Shown here piece by piece: positions 1 through 12,195 of a stretch of DNA of 64,000 nt. The stretch comes from Lama glama. Taxonomy: Eukaryota. The position numbers and the translations under genes are program-made. The notes beneath the pieces are model-generated. The model searched no databases. It had not been told where the DNA came from and saw only the letters and a list, made by a program, of their open reading frames with translations. Location of the stretch: positions 12,960,001 to 13,024,000 of the forward strand of contig CM052832.1 in NCBI GenBank assembly GCA_028534125.1, given 5' to 3'. Position 1 is the first letter of the stretch; every line of letters starts with the position of its first letter.

Positions 1-587
1 TAATCCTCTGTTTCAGGCCCTGGTTGAGAAGGGGGCACTTGGGTGGCTTCCTAAAGCATCAGGGAGTGATCTCTAAGGAGGTGGGAGCTTCACCTGGGGG
101 TGGAAGGACTGAATGTCAACTGGCTCAGACTTTGTGGTTTCATGACACGATCCCCATGGCCCAGAAGCTGCAGACCAACCACTCACCCTTCACTTTCATT
201 TAAAGCTGGAAAACCTAGTCACCCGAAATTTTTGTTTCCTCTTTTTATAGAGAGAGGAAAACAAAACTTAAGTAAGTTTTTGTAAAGGTTCTTAGCTTGA
301 GCCTTAAAAGCTAGTCCCCTTATAATTTTTAATGAAGATCTGAATAGAATAGGGTCAGGGAATTAACCACAAGTATATTACTAACACTGGTTTACATTTT
401 AAAAGCACCTGACAGTTTCCAAATCATTTGAATATCCACAATCTGTTTGATCCTTTCAACAACCCTGGAAGGTAGAACAGGCATTATTATTCTTTTTTAT
501 CTCAGTTTCTGGATAAAACAATCTCAGAGATCAAGTGCCATCCAGGTTCAAACAGCTACTTGGTGGTGGAGCTTGGGTTCAACAACT

Positions 588-903
588 TTTATTTTATGTT
601 ATTATTTTTTAATTCAAGTATAATTGAATTACAATATTATATTCATTTTAGGTGTACACCATAGTGATTCAGTATCTTCATATCTTACAAAATGATCACC
701 ATGATAAGGCTGTTACCATCTGTCACCAAAGTTGTTACACTATTATTGACTATATTCCCTATGCTGTACATTACATTCCCCGAGACTTATTTATTTTATA
801 ACTGGAGGTTTATATCTTTTAATCTCTCACTTATTTCACTCTTCCTCCTACCCTCCCCCAGGCCCCGCCGGCAACCACCAGTTTGTTCTCTGTATCTGTG
901 AGT
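588..903 (-). mobile_element. L1 3' end fragment
   Basis: T-rich start then caagtataattgaattacaatattatattcattttaggtgtaca...gtttgttctctgtatctgtgagtct, typical antisense L1 3' UTR. Confidence 0.82.
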
Positions 904-1563
904 CTGGGTTCAGAGCTTTTTAATGCTCAGCAGGCATTCACAGCTGTTACCTCGTGTACTATCTGCCCCCACCCTCCGACGTGCCTACCACATTTGCCCA
1001 CAAAATGATTAAAAATTACCCAAGAACCCAGAGCTGGGAGCAGACTTGGGACTCAGGCCTGTATATTCTCTCTTAGCCTAGGTTGCAGGTCTTCTTGGTT
1101 TTTACCTGAAAACAACTGCAACAGTTGCTGCTTCTCCTTCCAGGTTTCCCATAATTTGAGCGTGCTCATTCTCACTGCCACCGTCCCTACCTGGGATGTC
1201 ATCATCACACACCCAAATTATTGCCGCAGCATCACTCTAGGTTATTAAGACTAGAACAGACACTGCTGGAGCCCTACTATGTGCCAGGCCTGAAGGTAGA
1301 AATGACTACGTCCTTGTCCCTGTCCTCAAGGGCTTTCCAGGAAACAGACCCGAAACAGGTCCCTGCAACAGTACAAGGACTGTGTGGTGATGGGGAGACA
1401 TGCAGGGAACAAAGGAGGGGCTGGGTGATGGCAGGCTGTTCCTTCCCATTGGTCTTCTGGCCGTCAGATTCTCTTCCCTCACAGGCACTCAGTGTTCTGT
1501 GTGTTCCCTGGTCAAGATCCTTTACTAACTTCACAGTGCCAAGACTTCAGCTTGGCATTTATT

Positions 1564-1610
1564 TTTATTTTTTTATTGAAGTATAGTTGATTTACGATCT
1601 TGTGTTAGTC
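1564..1610 (-). mobile_element. Extremely truncated L1 3' tip with perfect TSD
   Basis: ttttttattgaagtatagttgatttacgatcttgtgttagt flanked by 17-bp repeat tcagcttggcatttatt (1547-1563, 1611-1627). Confidence 0.82.
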
Positions 1611-2404
1611 TCAGCTTGGCATTTATTGTCCCCATTATCTGGCCCCTGCATTTTACCATTCCTCAGGACAACCCTCTGTGCCAGTCACAACTTTCTCCTG
1701 ATGGGCCCAGAGACTTACTGCTGCATATTCCTATGATCTAGTCAAAGAATCATGGTAATAATCCTAGTCCTACTTATTGCTTGACTGTATCACTCTGCTA
1801 AGCATTTTTTCATATTATTTCACGTAATCCTCATAACTCATTGTGGTAGGTACCATCTTCCTAGTTTGGTAGAAGAGAAAGCCAAGGTTCAGAGAGGTTA
1901 AGTAACTTGACCAAGTCACACAGCTTAAACACAGCTAAGTAGAACTCATCCCCCAAGGTTAAACCCCAAATCATCCCAGTCTTGACATTTACTCTACTGA
2001 GATGAGAAGCAGAAAATGGCGTATATCAGGGGTTAGTAGTTTTGTCTCCTCACTTCTGCTGCTCCGTATACCCCAGAGACTCTCTCTTACCTTGAATTCC
2101 CTCAGTTGCTGCTTGTTCCCTTTACACCATGTGATCCTGGATTACTTAAGCTTCCACTGCCTTAGAATTGTTCTCCAGTGATTTCATGGAGATGCATTTG
2201 AGCCTGACTACAAACTATTATTCAGACTTGATAGACAGCCAACATTCATAATAATACCTAGCAGTTAATGTTGCTGAAACTGGAGAGCAGTCTGCAGAAC
2301 ACCAGCAGAGGCATCAAGACAGCCTGGCAGTGTGATTAGTACAGTCATCACTCTGGCCTGCAGTTTCCTCATCTGTAAAGTGCAGGGGCTCCATCTAGAC
2401 ACTC

Positions 2405-4140
2405 TTCAGTCCATAAACATTTATTGTACTCCCCCCGCCCCATGCACCAGGCACTCCTCTAGGTACTGGGGGTAAAACAGACAGAAATCCTTGCTTTCCT
2501 TCTGGTAGGAGGAGACAAGAGACAAAGTAGATACGTGAAGTATCTATTATGTCAGACGGTGGTGAGCGCAACAGAAATTCAAAGCAGGGAAGGAGGAAAG
2601 GAAATGCCAAGGAATGACATTATCTGACTTAGATTTTATAAAGCTCTCTAGCTGCTGGTGGAGAATAGACTGTAACAGGACAAGCTAGTGAGCGGGAGAC
2701 CAACTAGGAGGTAAGTGCAGCGATCCAGGTGAGGGCGTGTGGGGTGGCTAGGGCCAGAAGTTGTGCTTAGAAGTGGTCAGGTTTTGGATATATTTTGAAA
2801 GTAAAGCCAGAGTAATTTACTGATGGATTATGTGTGGAGCCGACTCAAGGATGTCTCCAAGGTCTTTGCCTTGGAAGGAACACCTGAAGGATGGGGTTAC
2901 CATTAGCTAAGAGGGAGAAGACCATGATAGGAGCAGGTTTTGAGGAGATAACCAAGTGGAAATATGGAGTCTGGAGTTTAAGGCTGGAGACATAAATGTG
3001 AGAGAGTCATCAAGGCAGAGATGATGTATCAGATATCTTTTAGGCATGGCTTTAAAGGCTCCTGGCCCCACCCGTTCCTCCACCTGATGTAATGCAGCTG
3101 ATGTTGGCCAGATTTGCGAGTATGGACTGACAGTGCGTCACCCCCTCCTGCTCAGTGCGTCTCTTGCTTCCTGCCCAGGGGTGGCTGTAGGACAACTCAC
3201 TCCTCTCTGCCATATGTACAACCCAGAATTATTGAGGGTTTGATGCACATGGGACCCCCCCCCCTTAACCAGTGGTGGATGGAAGCTGGTGGATAAATGC
3301 AGATCCCTCTTCATCCCTTGACAGGAAGTTCTGAATCTCCTCAGATGGTTCTGGGGAGTCAAGCATCAATCTCTCATAGCAGTGGTCAGCTCAGTAATGC
3401 ATCCTTGAATTGGTTTCCCTTTTTCTGTTTCTCTTGCCCTGTCCCTCATTTCTGCTGTCTAGAATTAAATTCCCATATAAACTACCTGCATGCAAACTTT
3501 TTATTAGGTTCTGCTTTTAGGAGAACCTGGGTTAAGACAAGTGGCACTTAACACCCTGAGACTGAAAGAGATTACCAATGGATTAATGAAGATTGGGAAC
3601 AGATCCAAGGACTGAGGCCTAGGAACCTCCAACATTTTGAGGTGAAGGAGATGAGGAGGGGCTAGCAAAGGAGACCCGGAAGAATAATCAAGAAAGCATA
3701 GTATCATGGAAGCCAAGAGAAAAAAGTGTTTCAAGGAAGAATCATCAGCTGATTGTCGCTGAGCAGTCAAGTAAGATGAAGACTAAGTGATGACCATTAA
3801 GTCTAACCACAGTGAAAGAACCGGTAACCTTAACAAAGAACAGTTTGAGCGGAGTTGTGGAATGACCAAAATGAGTTTGAGAGAGAAGACAGAAGGGAAG
3901 TAGAGTCAAGAGAGACTTTTTTTTTTTGTTGGGAGAAATTAAAGCATATTTATATATATTTATATGATGATGGCAAATGATTCAGCAAAGAGGGAAAAAC
4001 AGATGATGCAGGAGAGAGGAGGGAGCACTGCTGGAGGGAGGAGGAGATGGGATCAGTGGCCAGTGCAGGTGTTTGCCTTAGATAGGAGCAAAGGACAGCT
4101 TATCCCCAAACTGCAGGAGAGAAAGCAAGGTTTGGGGGCA
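2405..4140 (-). mobile_element. Degraded L2 LINE split by an LTR
   Basis: aaacatttattg...caggcactcctctaggtactggggg; ggatatattttgaaagtaaagcc; agtgtttcaaggaaga...gtcaagtaagatgaagact are L2-like segments. Confidence 0.7.
3035..3539 (+). mobile_element. ERVL solo LTR (LTR16-like) nested in L2
   Basis: Ends cccatataaactacctgca...tctgcttttaggagaacctgggttaagaca, like LTR16 3' ends. Confidence 0.65.
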
Positions 4141-5599
4141 AATGCTCACATCCTGTCACTCACTGAGTGCTTGAGTTGCAAGAGGTCATAAGACTTTGAG
4201 TCTGTGCTTTCCACCATTCCCCTCCGGTTTACAGAGGAGACCCAGAGAGAAGGGACATACCATTGACTAGAAACCAAGGCTCCTCTGTCCCACCCAGCAC
4301 TTAGGGCTCTTCCCTTGGGCCAGAATCTGTCACTCACCTCAGCTGTGCTCTGGGTAGTGGACATTAGTCTCATGGACTCCAGGAAGGATATTAGATAGGG
4401 AAATGGAGAAACGGTCAAGCTTCAGGATAGGACCAACAAGCCATGGGGTGGATTAATCTGAAGGTCTATTGATGAGTTCAAGGGGTTTTCCTAGATATGT
4501 TTAGGAGTCAGTGTAATCACTGCAGGAAAAAAAAAAAGCTGTAAACTGACAAATTGGGTTGAGAAAAATCTGCCAAAATGCAGGAGGGTATTATAAATCC
4601 CAGTGCAAACAGAAGGGCACATAAATGCTTCTGGAATATAGATTCCTGGTTTCAAATATTCTGTTAAGCCTTGTTGCCTAATTTGTGGTTTGGAAATACG
4701 GTTCCTCTCAGCTTAGAGTTAGTGCAGCCTGAAGAGTGGGCAGTGAGGTCATAGGACAGGGAGGCCACAGTAAAGAGGTACAAACATGCTGGGCCCGTGG
4801 AAGAGCCACACCAGCCTTTGCCTTGACTTCTAGGAAACTTGTAAAACCACTGCAATCTCTTTGCCCTAATTCCATTCATTTCACAAACATTCTCTGCACT
4901 TTTGTGCTAAATGCTACAGGTATGTGGGGTAGGGGCATTGGGGGATACACAGGACAGACACGCTGAAATAGAGGTCCTGCCTTCACATTTTTACAGTCTT
5001 ATAGGAAGAAATTTCACACATTTGGCTGTGATTTCAGGTCCACTGGCCAGTCTCCCGTTTCCCAGTCCCGGACAGAAGGGGTGTACAGTGTGGGGAGATT
5101 GCGTCCCTACCCACTGCAAAGATAGCTCCCTGACTGTGGATTCAAAAATATAAATTATGAACTGCTCTTGGGTACAAATTACTCCCATGTGAGCTTGCTG
5201 AGCGTGATCCACTTATCTCTAGGGCTGATCGCTAGTTAAATCCTGCCCAAGTAGCCGAAAGCCTGTTTGTTTTATGACAAACAGTAGAAAGGGGCCCTGC
5301 TGAAATTCAGGCCTCAGTTAGAACCTTAAGCCAGTGCTCTAATATGTTTGTTTGGGGAATCCTTCAGCTGGCACAGTCCGGGAACCGCTCTCCCCGCTTC
5401 CCATCAAAACAATATCAAAGCAGACGACGACGCACAGGCTCGGTTGGGACTTTCCACCATGTGGGGGTGGAGGACACACTGAGGGAATGGGGACGGGGGG
5501 CAGGGTGGGTGCTGGATGTCACCGTGCGATAACCCAGGACTGCTTCTCTGAAGAAACGATCTCTTCGTTTCTCTTGCCCTTTGCAGCTGTTTCAGAGCA

Positions 5600-6060
5600 C
5601 CTGCCGTATCAGTGATTTCATGGAACCCTCACATGCTCCCCGTGAGGTAGGTGGAGCTGGTCTCATTATCACCCTGGTGCAGCCTAAGGGACCGAGGCTT
5701 CAGGAGGCGACAGGACTCAGCCCAGGTCACCTGGCTAATAAGCGGTTGAGCTGAGACTCAAGTCCACGTCAACTGACAGTGACTCGGACACCCTGGTGAC
5801 AGAAGTCTCCTCAGCCCCCCACTCTTCAGAGGGAGGTGTGGCCCTCGCTCCCACAACAAGATTCCTGCTTTGAGTCCCAGCTCTGCCCTGGGCAGCTGTA
5901 TCACCTGGGCAAGTTGTTTAAGGGTCTCTGTGTCTCTTTCTTCATGTGTAAAATGAGCAGAATAATAATACCAGAGTCCCGATGGGGTGTTTTGAAGAGG
6001 GAAATGACATGTTTTAGCAAGAGCAAAACACACTGTTGGGCACAGTGCAAGACATCAAGA
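5600..6060. mobile_element. Two MIR SINEs in opposite orientation (MIR fragments recur throughout the window)
   Basis: MIR core motifs: cccaggtcacctggctaataagcgg; ctgggcaagttgtttaa...tgtaaaatgag. Confidence 0.65.
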
Positions 6061-8229
6061 AGCGTCATAGCCCCCACCCCCTGAAGTCTTCCAAGGCACA
6101 ACCAAATGACTGTATTTAAGAATCCTGCAGAAGGCTCCCTGCTTTCCTTCCTCCTGTCCCGCACTTCCCTCCCTCTCTCTGGGATAATGTTCCCTCCGCT
6201 TGTACAACTCTTTCTAACTTTTCAAAGTGCTTTCCTCTTGATCCTCCTGACAACCCTGTAAGATAATAGAACCCGAAATCTTCACTTCCTTCTTACAGGT
6301 AAGGGGGAACCAAGGTAAGAGAGGCGGTAGGCTGCCCTGGGGCTACGCCTCTGTTCCCCACGGAGTTGGGACTCTCCCTACTGCAGTTATCACTCGGGTT
6401 ACTTGAAATCTTTAATTGTGTGGGTTTCCTTTTCCGCCTTTGGAAGTGGCGGGAGGTGACCTAATTGAATCTCTGAGAGCTCAGGATTACCTTTCAGAAT
6501 GAAAACAGTGGAGAGCAAAGTGGTTTGCAGCCCAGAACCACCCCCCCAGGCCACTCAGCCTTCCTGCACTTCAAGACCTGGACCCTGGGGTTGGAAAGGC
6601 AACCCAGGGCAAGGAGCAAATTCCAGCTGACTCCCCACAAGTGGGTGAGAGTTGAAAAGGTCAAAGGCCGCTGCTCCCGCCTGAGATTCCAGCGTCAGCT
6701 CTGCCACCTGATATGTGAGAACACCTTGAACGAGTCAAGGTTCAGCTCAGTTTCCTCATCTATAACAGGAAGACGGGATTTAGATAATGTCTCAGCGGCC
6801 TTTCTGAGAACCTGAAAGGGACTTGCCTGAGGACAGCAGTGGCAATTTTTTAAAAGACTTTATCATGAAAGTTTTCAAACAAATTCAACATCAACAAAAC
6901 AGTGTTATGAACCCCCAGGTATCCCAGCTTCGACAATCAGGAACATTCCGGCTTTCTCGTTGCCTCTCTACCTCTACCGTCTACCCTCTACCTACTTGAT
7001 GGTTATTTTGTAGAGTTCTTATTTTCAGGTGAAACTTACAAACATAGAAATGCAGAAATCTTTGCTGTGTAATATTAAGAAATAAATCTGCCCATGTAAG
7101 CTACACCTCTATCATGACATAGATTACTTCTGCTTTCCTAGAAAGTTCTATCATGCCCAATCCTGGGCAAACATCACCTAAACGTGAGTTTAGCACACAG
7201 GCTGGTGAAGGCTCTCGTTTCGGGGCTGGCTAAATCAGAGTCAGATCTGCTGTCTTAAACTATTGCCTCCTGATTCTGTCCGGTCCTGTCATCTCTGTGT
7301 CCCCGGAGATTATGGGTTTCTCCCCTGTGTACTCTGTCCACTTCTTCTATTACAAGGACTTGACTACCTCGGCTACAAATTCTTAGAAGCTCTCTTTTCT
7401 TTTTCCTGCACACTTACTCTTCTCCAGCTTTTTTTCTTTTGTTCTCTTCCATTTTTCATTCCTATAACCGCTTTCTCATGTCTGCCGCTGTTTCTGTCCT
7501 TTAGAATATTCTCACTTTTCTGTGTTCAGCCCATCTTCTCTAAGCACACTGTCCTGTGTCTGTTCACACCCTGGACACTTGATACTGAGCCATTATTTCA
7601 GGGTCCAGCCCAAGGCCAGGCACTTAATCACAGTGATTGAGTGAATATGCAAAGGGCCACATCCTCTAGAAACACCTGAGTATAGTAACTGTAACCTGGT
7701 CCACTAAGGAACCCCAACTTGTCCGCCTTGCCATTTCTGGATCACCTCTATCTCTCCGCATGGAGCACGATGATATTAGCTGCCCCTTGGGAAGCACCAG
7801 CATTTGAAAGGAAGGAGGCTGATTTCCTGACAAAATGTGACCCAAAGGACCATCCTCCTCCCACCCCTCACCATTTAAAAAAAAAAAAGAAAAGAAAAAC
7901 AGAGCAAGCTGGGCTATCAGGGATATTTCCTGTTTTCCTCTTGAAAGCATCCTGGATAGATGGAACTGAGGGATCAAAGGGACTGTCTGCCTCTGGGGCT
8001 TGGGGACTGGCAGAATGGCTTTTAACCCTCTGCTATATCCTACTGTGAGTGGCATAGGCAGTTTATCTTCTATTTCCGGGGAAGATTTAACTTCTTGTGG
8101 GTAAGGGCCTTGTTATTAATTCATTCATCAGACATTACTGTACTCTACCAAATGCCAAGCTTTGTGTGAGGATCTGGGGTTACAAGATGAATATGACACA
8201 GTCCCTGGTCTCTTTTCTCTAACAGCAAT

Positions 8230-8470
8230 GACCACAAGTGCTAACGTGATTAAGCACTTTCTCCATATCAGGCACTCACTGCATGCTTTTCATACATTAG
8301 ATCCTCACAACAAGCTTATGGGGTATTATTATGCCCATTTTACAGATAAGGAAAGCAAGGCTTATGGTGGTTAAATAACCTGTCATGGGCACATGACTAA
8401 CAGATGTCAGGGGCAGATGTCAAGGCTGGGGTTAGAGTCCAGTGGTCTGACAGTTGAACCCTACTTCTTA
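8230..8470 (-). mobile_element. MIR SINE
   Basis: atcctcacaacaa...cccattttacagataaggaaagcaaggct...ggttaaataacctg MIR core. Confidence 0.75.
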
Positions 8471-10074
8471 GCCAAAACACCCTGTCTGCCCCCTGGAGAA
8501 CCTACCTTCCTGTCTGAAACATGGTAGTTACTCATTGCTAGTAATTTCTGCAAATGCAGTTTACCTCTGGGCTTGGTCAGGTGGTTTCTGACGCCCAGGT
8601 TTCTTCACATCCCATTTACTGTACTGTATGTACTAGGATTGAGGTGCATCAGCTTGTAGCCCCTGAAGCCTGAACACAAGAAGTCAGGGACAAACAGCAT
8701 GTCAGGCTCATGCTTGTACCCCACCTCCCATTTCTGGAACAGATCACTCCCCACAAGTGTTTTTTGGTGGGAGAGAGGCCTTTTCTCCAAAGCCTCGAAA
8801 GAAACCTGAGGTGATGTTGACAGGTGATAATAGTGAGCAAGTGAACATATACTGAGCAATTATTCTAGGCCTTTGCTTCTATCAGTTCTTCCATCCTTGC
8901 AACAATAGATAGGTTTTTTTTTTCTATTTTTGGAGGAGGCTCAGAGGCTCAGAGTGGTTAGTTAACATATCTAAAAATCACACAGCTAGACAGCCAGGAT
9001 TTGATCCTAGGTTTGACTAACTCCAAAACCTACACTTTAATCATTGTCTCCCTGATGCTAAAACTTGGCAGAAGGAGGAAGAAACTTCTTTCCTGCTGAG
9101 ATTCCTGACAAACCATAAGTGGCAAGGCAGGTGGGGATACCAAGTAACTTTGAGATCTGTTGGTTAGGGATGCCTGGCACAAAAGGATCTTAAGGTGCTT
9201 CCGACTCGGCAATTCTGTCTCTTTAAGACCCAGAGCTCCCATGCCAGGCCTACACTATGATCCTCAGAGATTTCAGGGGTGGGGAAACCGGACTGAACGC
9301 GCTGACATACAACAAGAAAAAAAAAGACCTCAGCATTTTTGCCTCGCCTCGGTGGCTCCGGCCTTTTTTCTTCCCTTCTCTTGCTCTCATTTATTTATTA
9401 CTGTGCTATTCCCTAGCCCTGCTGCTGTGTCAATACTGATAAAAGCAAATCACCCCACAAACAGGTGCAGCCAGAGCTGCCCCTTGGACAGCTGCCAGGG
9501 AATGTGATCGCTCAGCTGGGGTGACCTGCCCCTGCCCAGCCCCCTTCTCGGGTTCCAGCCTAGGGCATGTGTCCTTGGGCAGTTAATGTCGGTCTGAGCC
9601 TGGTATTTCAGTTGGCATCATTGACTCAAGCTGGCGGGTGTTGTTGGGGTGGGGTGGGTGTGTGCAGGACAGAGGGAGCCTCCAAGAGTTATCTATCTAT
9701 TTATTTTCTCTTTTGGTTTCTTCCAACAAATTCATAAAATACTATGTCACCAAGTCCCTCCTGCCACTATGTGAAAAGATTTCCTAAGAATATCACTGCC
9801 TGACTTGTCTAGGTAAGAAGTATTTTTTCCAGACCTACCCATTTCCAGATTCACACATACACTTGCAATTTAATGATCCAAAAGACATTTTCTGAGTATC
9901 TCCTAGGGCTTAGCTGAGGTTTCACCAATAAACATTTTTGAGCCAACCGTGTTATCCAGAATACATTTTGATGCTACCAAGCCATGTGACTTTGACTCGT
10001 TTGAAAAAGATTGTATTTCATTCCTCCCTCCCCCATTCCTGTGTTTTGTCCCTAAGCATCCTTTCCCCGCTTCC

Positions 10075-10690
10075 CTAGGGCACCCGCCTTTCCGGAAATG
10101 TCCTAGCCCAGCGGGCAGCTTCCACCTCCCAGGGAGGTGGGACCGGGGCAACAATGCGGTGGCAGCGCAGGCGGGCCTGGGGCTGGGGCTGGGGCTGGGG
10201 CTGGCTGGGTGGAGGGCAGGGGCTGGAGCCGCCCTGCAGCCGGGCTGCCGCAGAAGAGCGCAGCTCAGGGAGGGGAGGAGGTTGCTATGCAAATAAGGCT
10301 GCAGCGTGCGGGCCCTCCCCCTCTCCTTACCCAGGGGCCCTCCGGTTGCCAAAACAGACCATTCCCCAGAACAGTCGCCTAGAAACGGGCGCTGTCATAG
10401 CAGCCTCTCTAGCGGCGAGGCAGCCGCGCTGCCGGGAGGAGCTGGGTCAGGGTGTTCAGACCTCCTCAGCACCCCCTCCCCACCGAGTCGCTACCTCAGG
10501 GAAGGGAGTGGTGGCTTGGGCCTCTCCTTGGAGAAGGGGAGGGCGCTAATTGGATTGGAACACTCCAGAAACACATCAGCTGCTCCTCCCTGGGGGAAAG
10601 GGGTGTGGTTTGGGGTGGGGGGAGGCTGCAGACTGTCTTTGTGATGACGGGTCTCAGCCTCACCCTCCCTGCAGCCGCACCCTGACCTGG
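10075..10690. promoter_or_regulatory. GC/CpG-rich orphan element (candidate enhancer/promoter)
   Basis: Local CpG enrichment, (CTGGGG)4 at 10177-10200, octamer ATGCAAAT 10287-10294, two adjacent ATTGG (reverse CCAAT) near 10549-10558, GC/CACCC boxes; no repeat recognised. Confidence 0.55.
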
Positions 10691-11699
10691 TCCTTACCAG
10701 CCTCTGTCCACCCAGAGCCTTCCTAGGGCACAATGGCAAGTTCTTTGTGGAGTGGAGGAGGTAGACATGGATCAGATAATCGCAGAATAAAATTCAGCCA
10801 TGATAAGGAGGGGTACCTGATGCTACAGGAATTCAAGATACTGGATCTGACCTGCTTTGGAGGGGTCAGGGAGAATTCAGGTTTGCTGCTGCTTCCACGT
10901 CTTAGCTACTTGGGTCCTCAACATGCCCTTCTCAGCAGCCTTCCCTCATCTGGACCAGCCTGTGCTGACCTGGGCGCAGTGACTTTTTTCTCCCTCATTT
11001 GGCACCAAGAGAGCTTTTTGTCATTTAACTGTGTTTCTTGCCTCTTGTCAATTAAACTACAGTATAAACTTCTAAAAGGCAGAACCCATGTTATTCTGTG
11101 AAGGCACACCTTGACCATGAAGGACAAGACAGATTTTAACAGATCCCTTTGAATTTGAGTGCCAGTGATCTTTATCATCCTGGGAGGCCTCTAAGGTTGC
11201 CTTTGCAGTAACTTTTAAATTGCCTTCGGAGAATACTAAAACCTCACAAAAGTCTGGAATTAAGGGGAGGAGATCCAGTGGCAGCCTGAGCAACATTAAG
11301 CCAACAGGTGGGCTATTGAGAAAGTGAGTGACTATTTAGCACACACGTTCCACGTGGTCCAGATGCTGCTGGCCATGGACAGAGGTGTTATGTGAGCCCA
11401 TGTCTCAGACAAGGATGGGAGAACAGCTCTGTGCTTCTGGTCCAGGAAGTTCCCTCCCTTCATAATCCACAAGAGGCCTTGAGAGAATTTTGGACTCAAA
11501 CATCAGATCTTCATTCAGTCTGGCTTAGTAAGGCAGCATGTAATTGTGTGATCGCTCCCTCCTCTTTCTCCCTTACCTTCCTCATATATTGAGTACCTAC
11601 TGTATGCCAGGCACTGGAGATTCAGAGAAAGATTGAATTGGTATCATTCTATATTTGTAAGGAGAAAAATCATAGTTTAGGGGACATTTGCATGCCTTA

Positions 11700-12195
11700 T
11701 GGTCACCAGTATCTTTTGATCATCTTTCCTATGTTTGTGGGTTTTCCCCCCATCATAAATCCCACTTCTCAAAGTGAAGGCAAGGAAAGTGCTTTCTTAG
11801 ACTTCCTTGTAGCTAAGGTATAGGCGTGTGACCTAGATTCCACCAATCAGATGTAGTAACATGAGACTTTGATTTGGAAAGAGCCACTGAGGGAGCAGGC
11901 GTCCCAGAGAACAGGGCTAGAGGAGGTACCTGGCTTTTAGAGCAGCAGAAGAGATGTTTGGGGATCCAATTTTCACTATTGTTGAAGGGGGTGAGGGGAG
12001 GCAAGTTGTAGAATTTGTGCTGATTGATAGCCACCATGTGGCTTTGCTAGAAAAGTACCTCCTGGTGGTCTGGGTATCATCCCTGAATACTGAACCTTCG
12101 TAACCTTCTGGATTCTGTGAGCTTCTTAATATTTTTTAATAAATTCCTTTTCTGTTAGAGTGGATCCTGTTGTTTGCAGCTAAGAACTCTGATAA
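11700..12195 (+). mobile_element. Old ERVL/MaLR solo LTR (LTR33-like)
   Basis: 3' end aataaattccttttctg...gagtggatcctgttgtttgcagctaagaactctgat. Confidence 0.6.

Noticed and set aside
9903..10739. Stack of 77-149 aa ORFs on both strands
   Set aside because: Stop-poor GC-rich and repeat sequence; no homology recognised.
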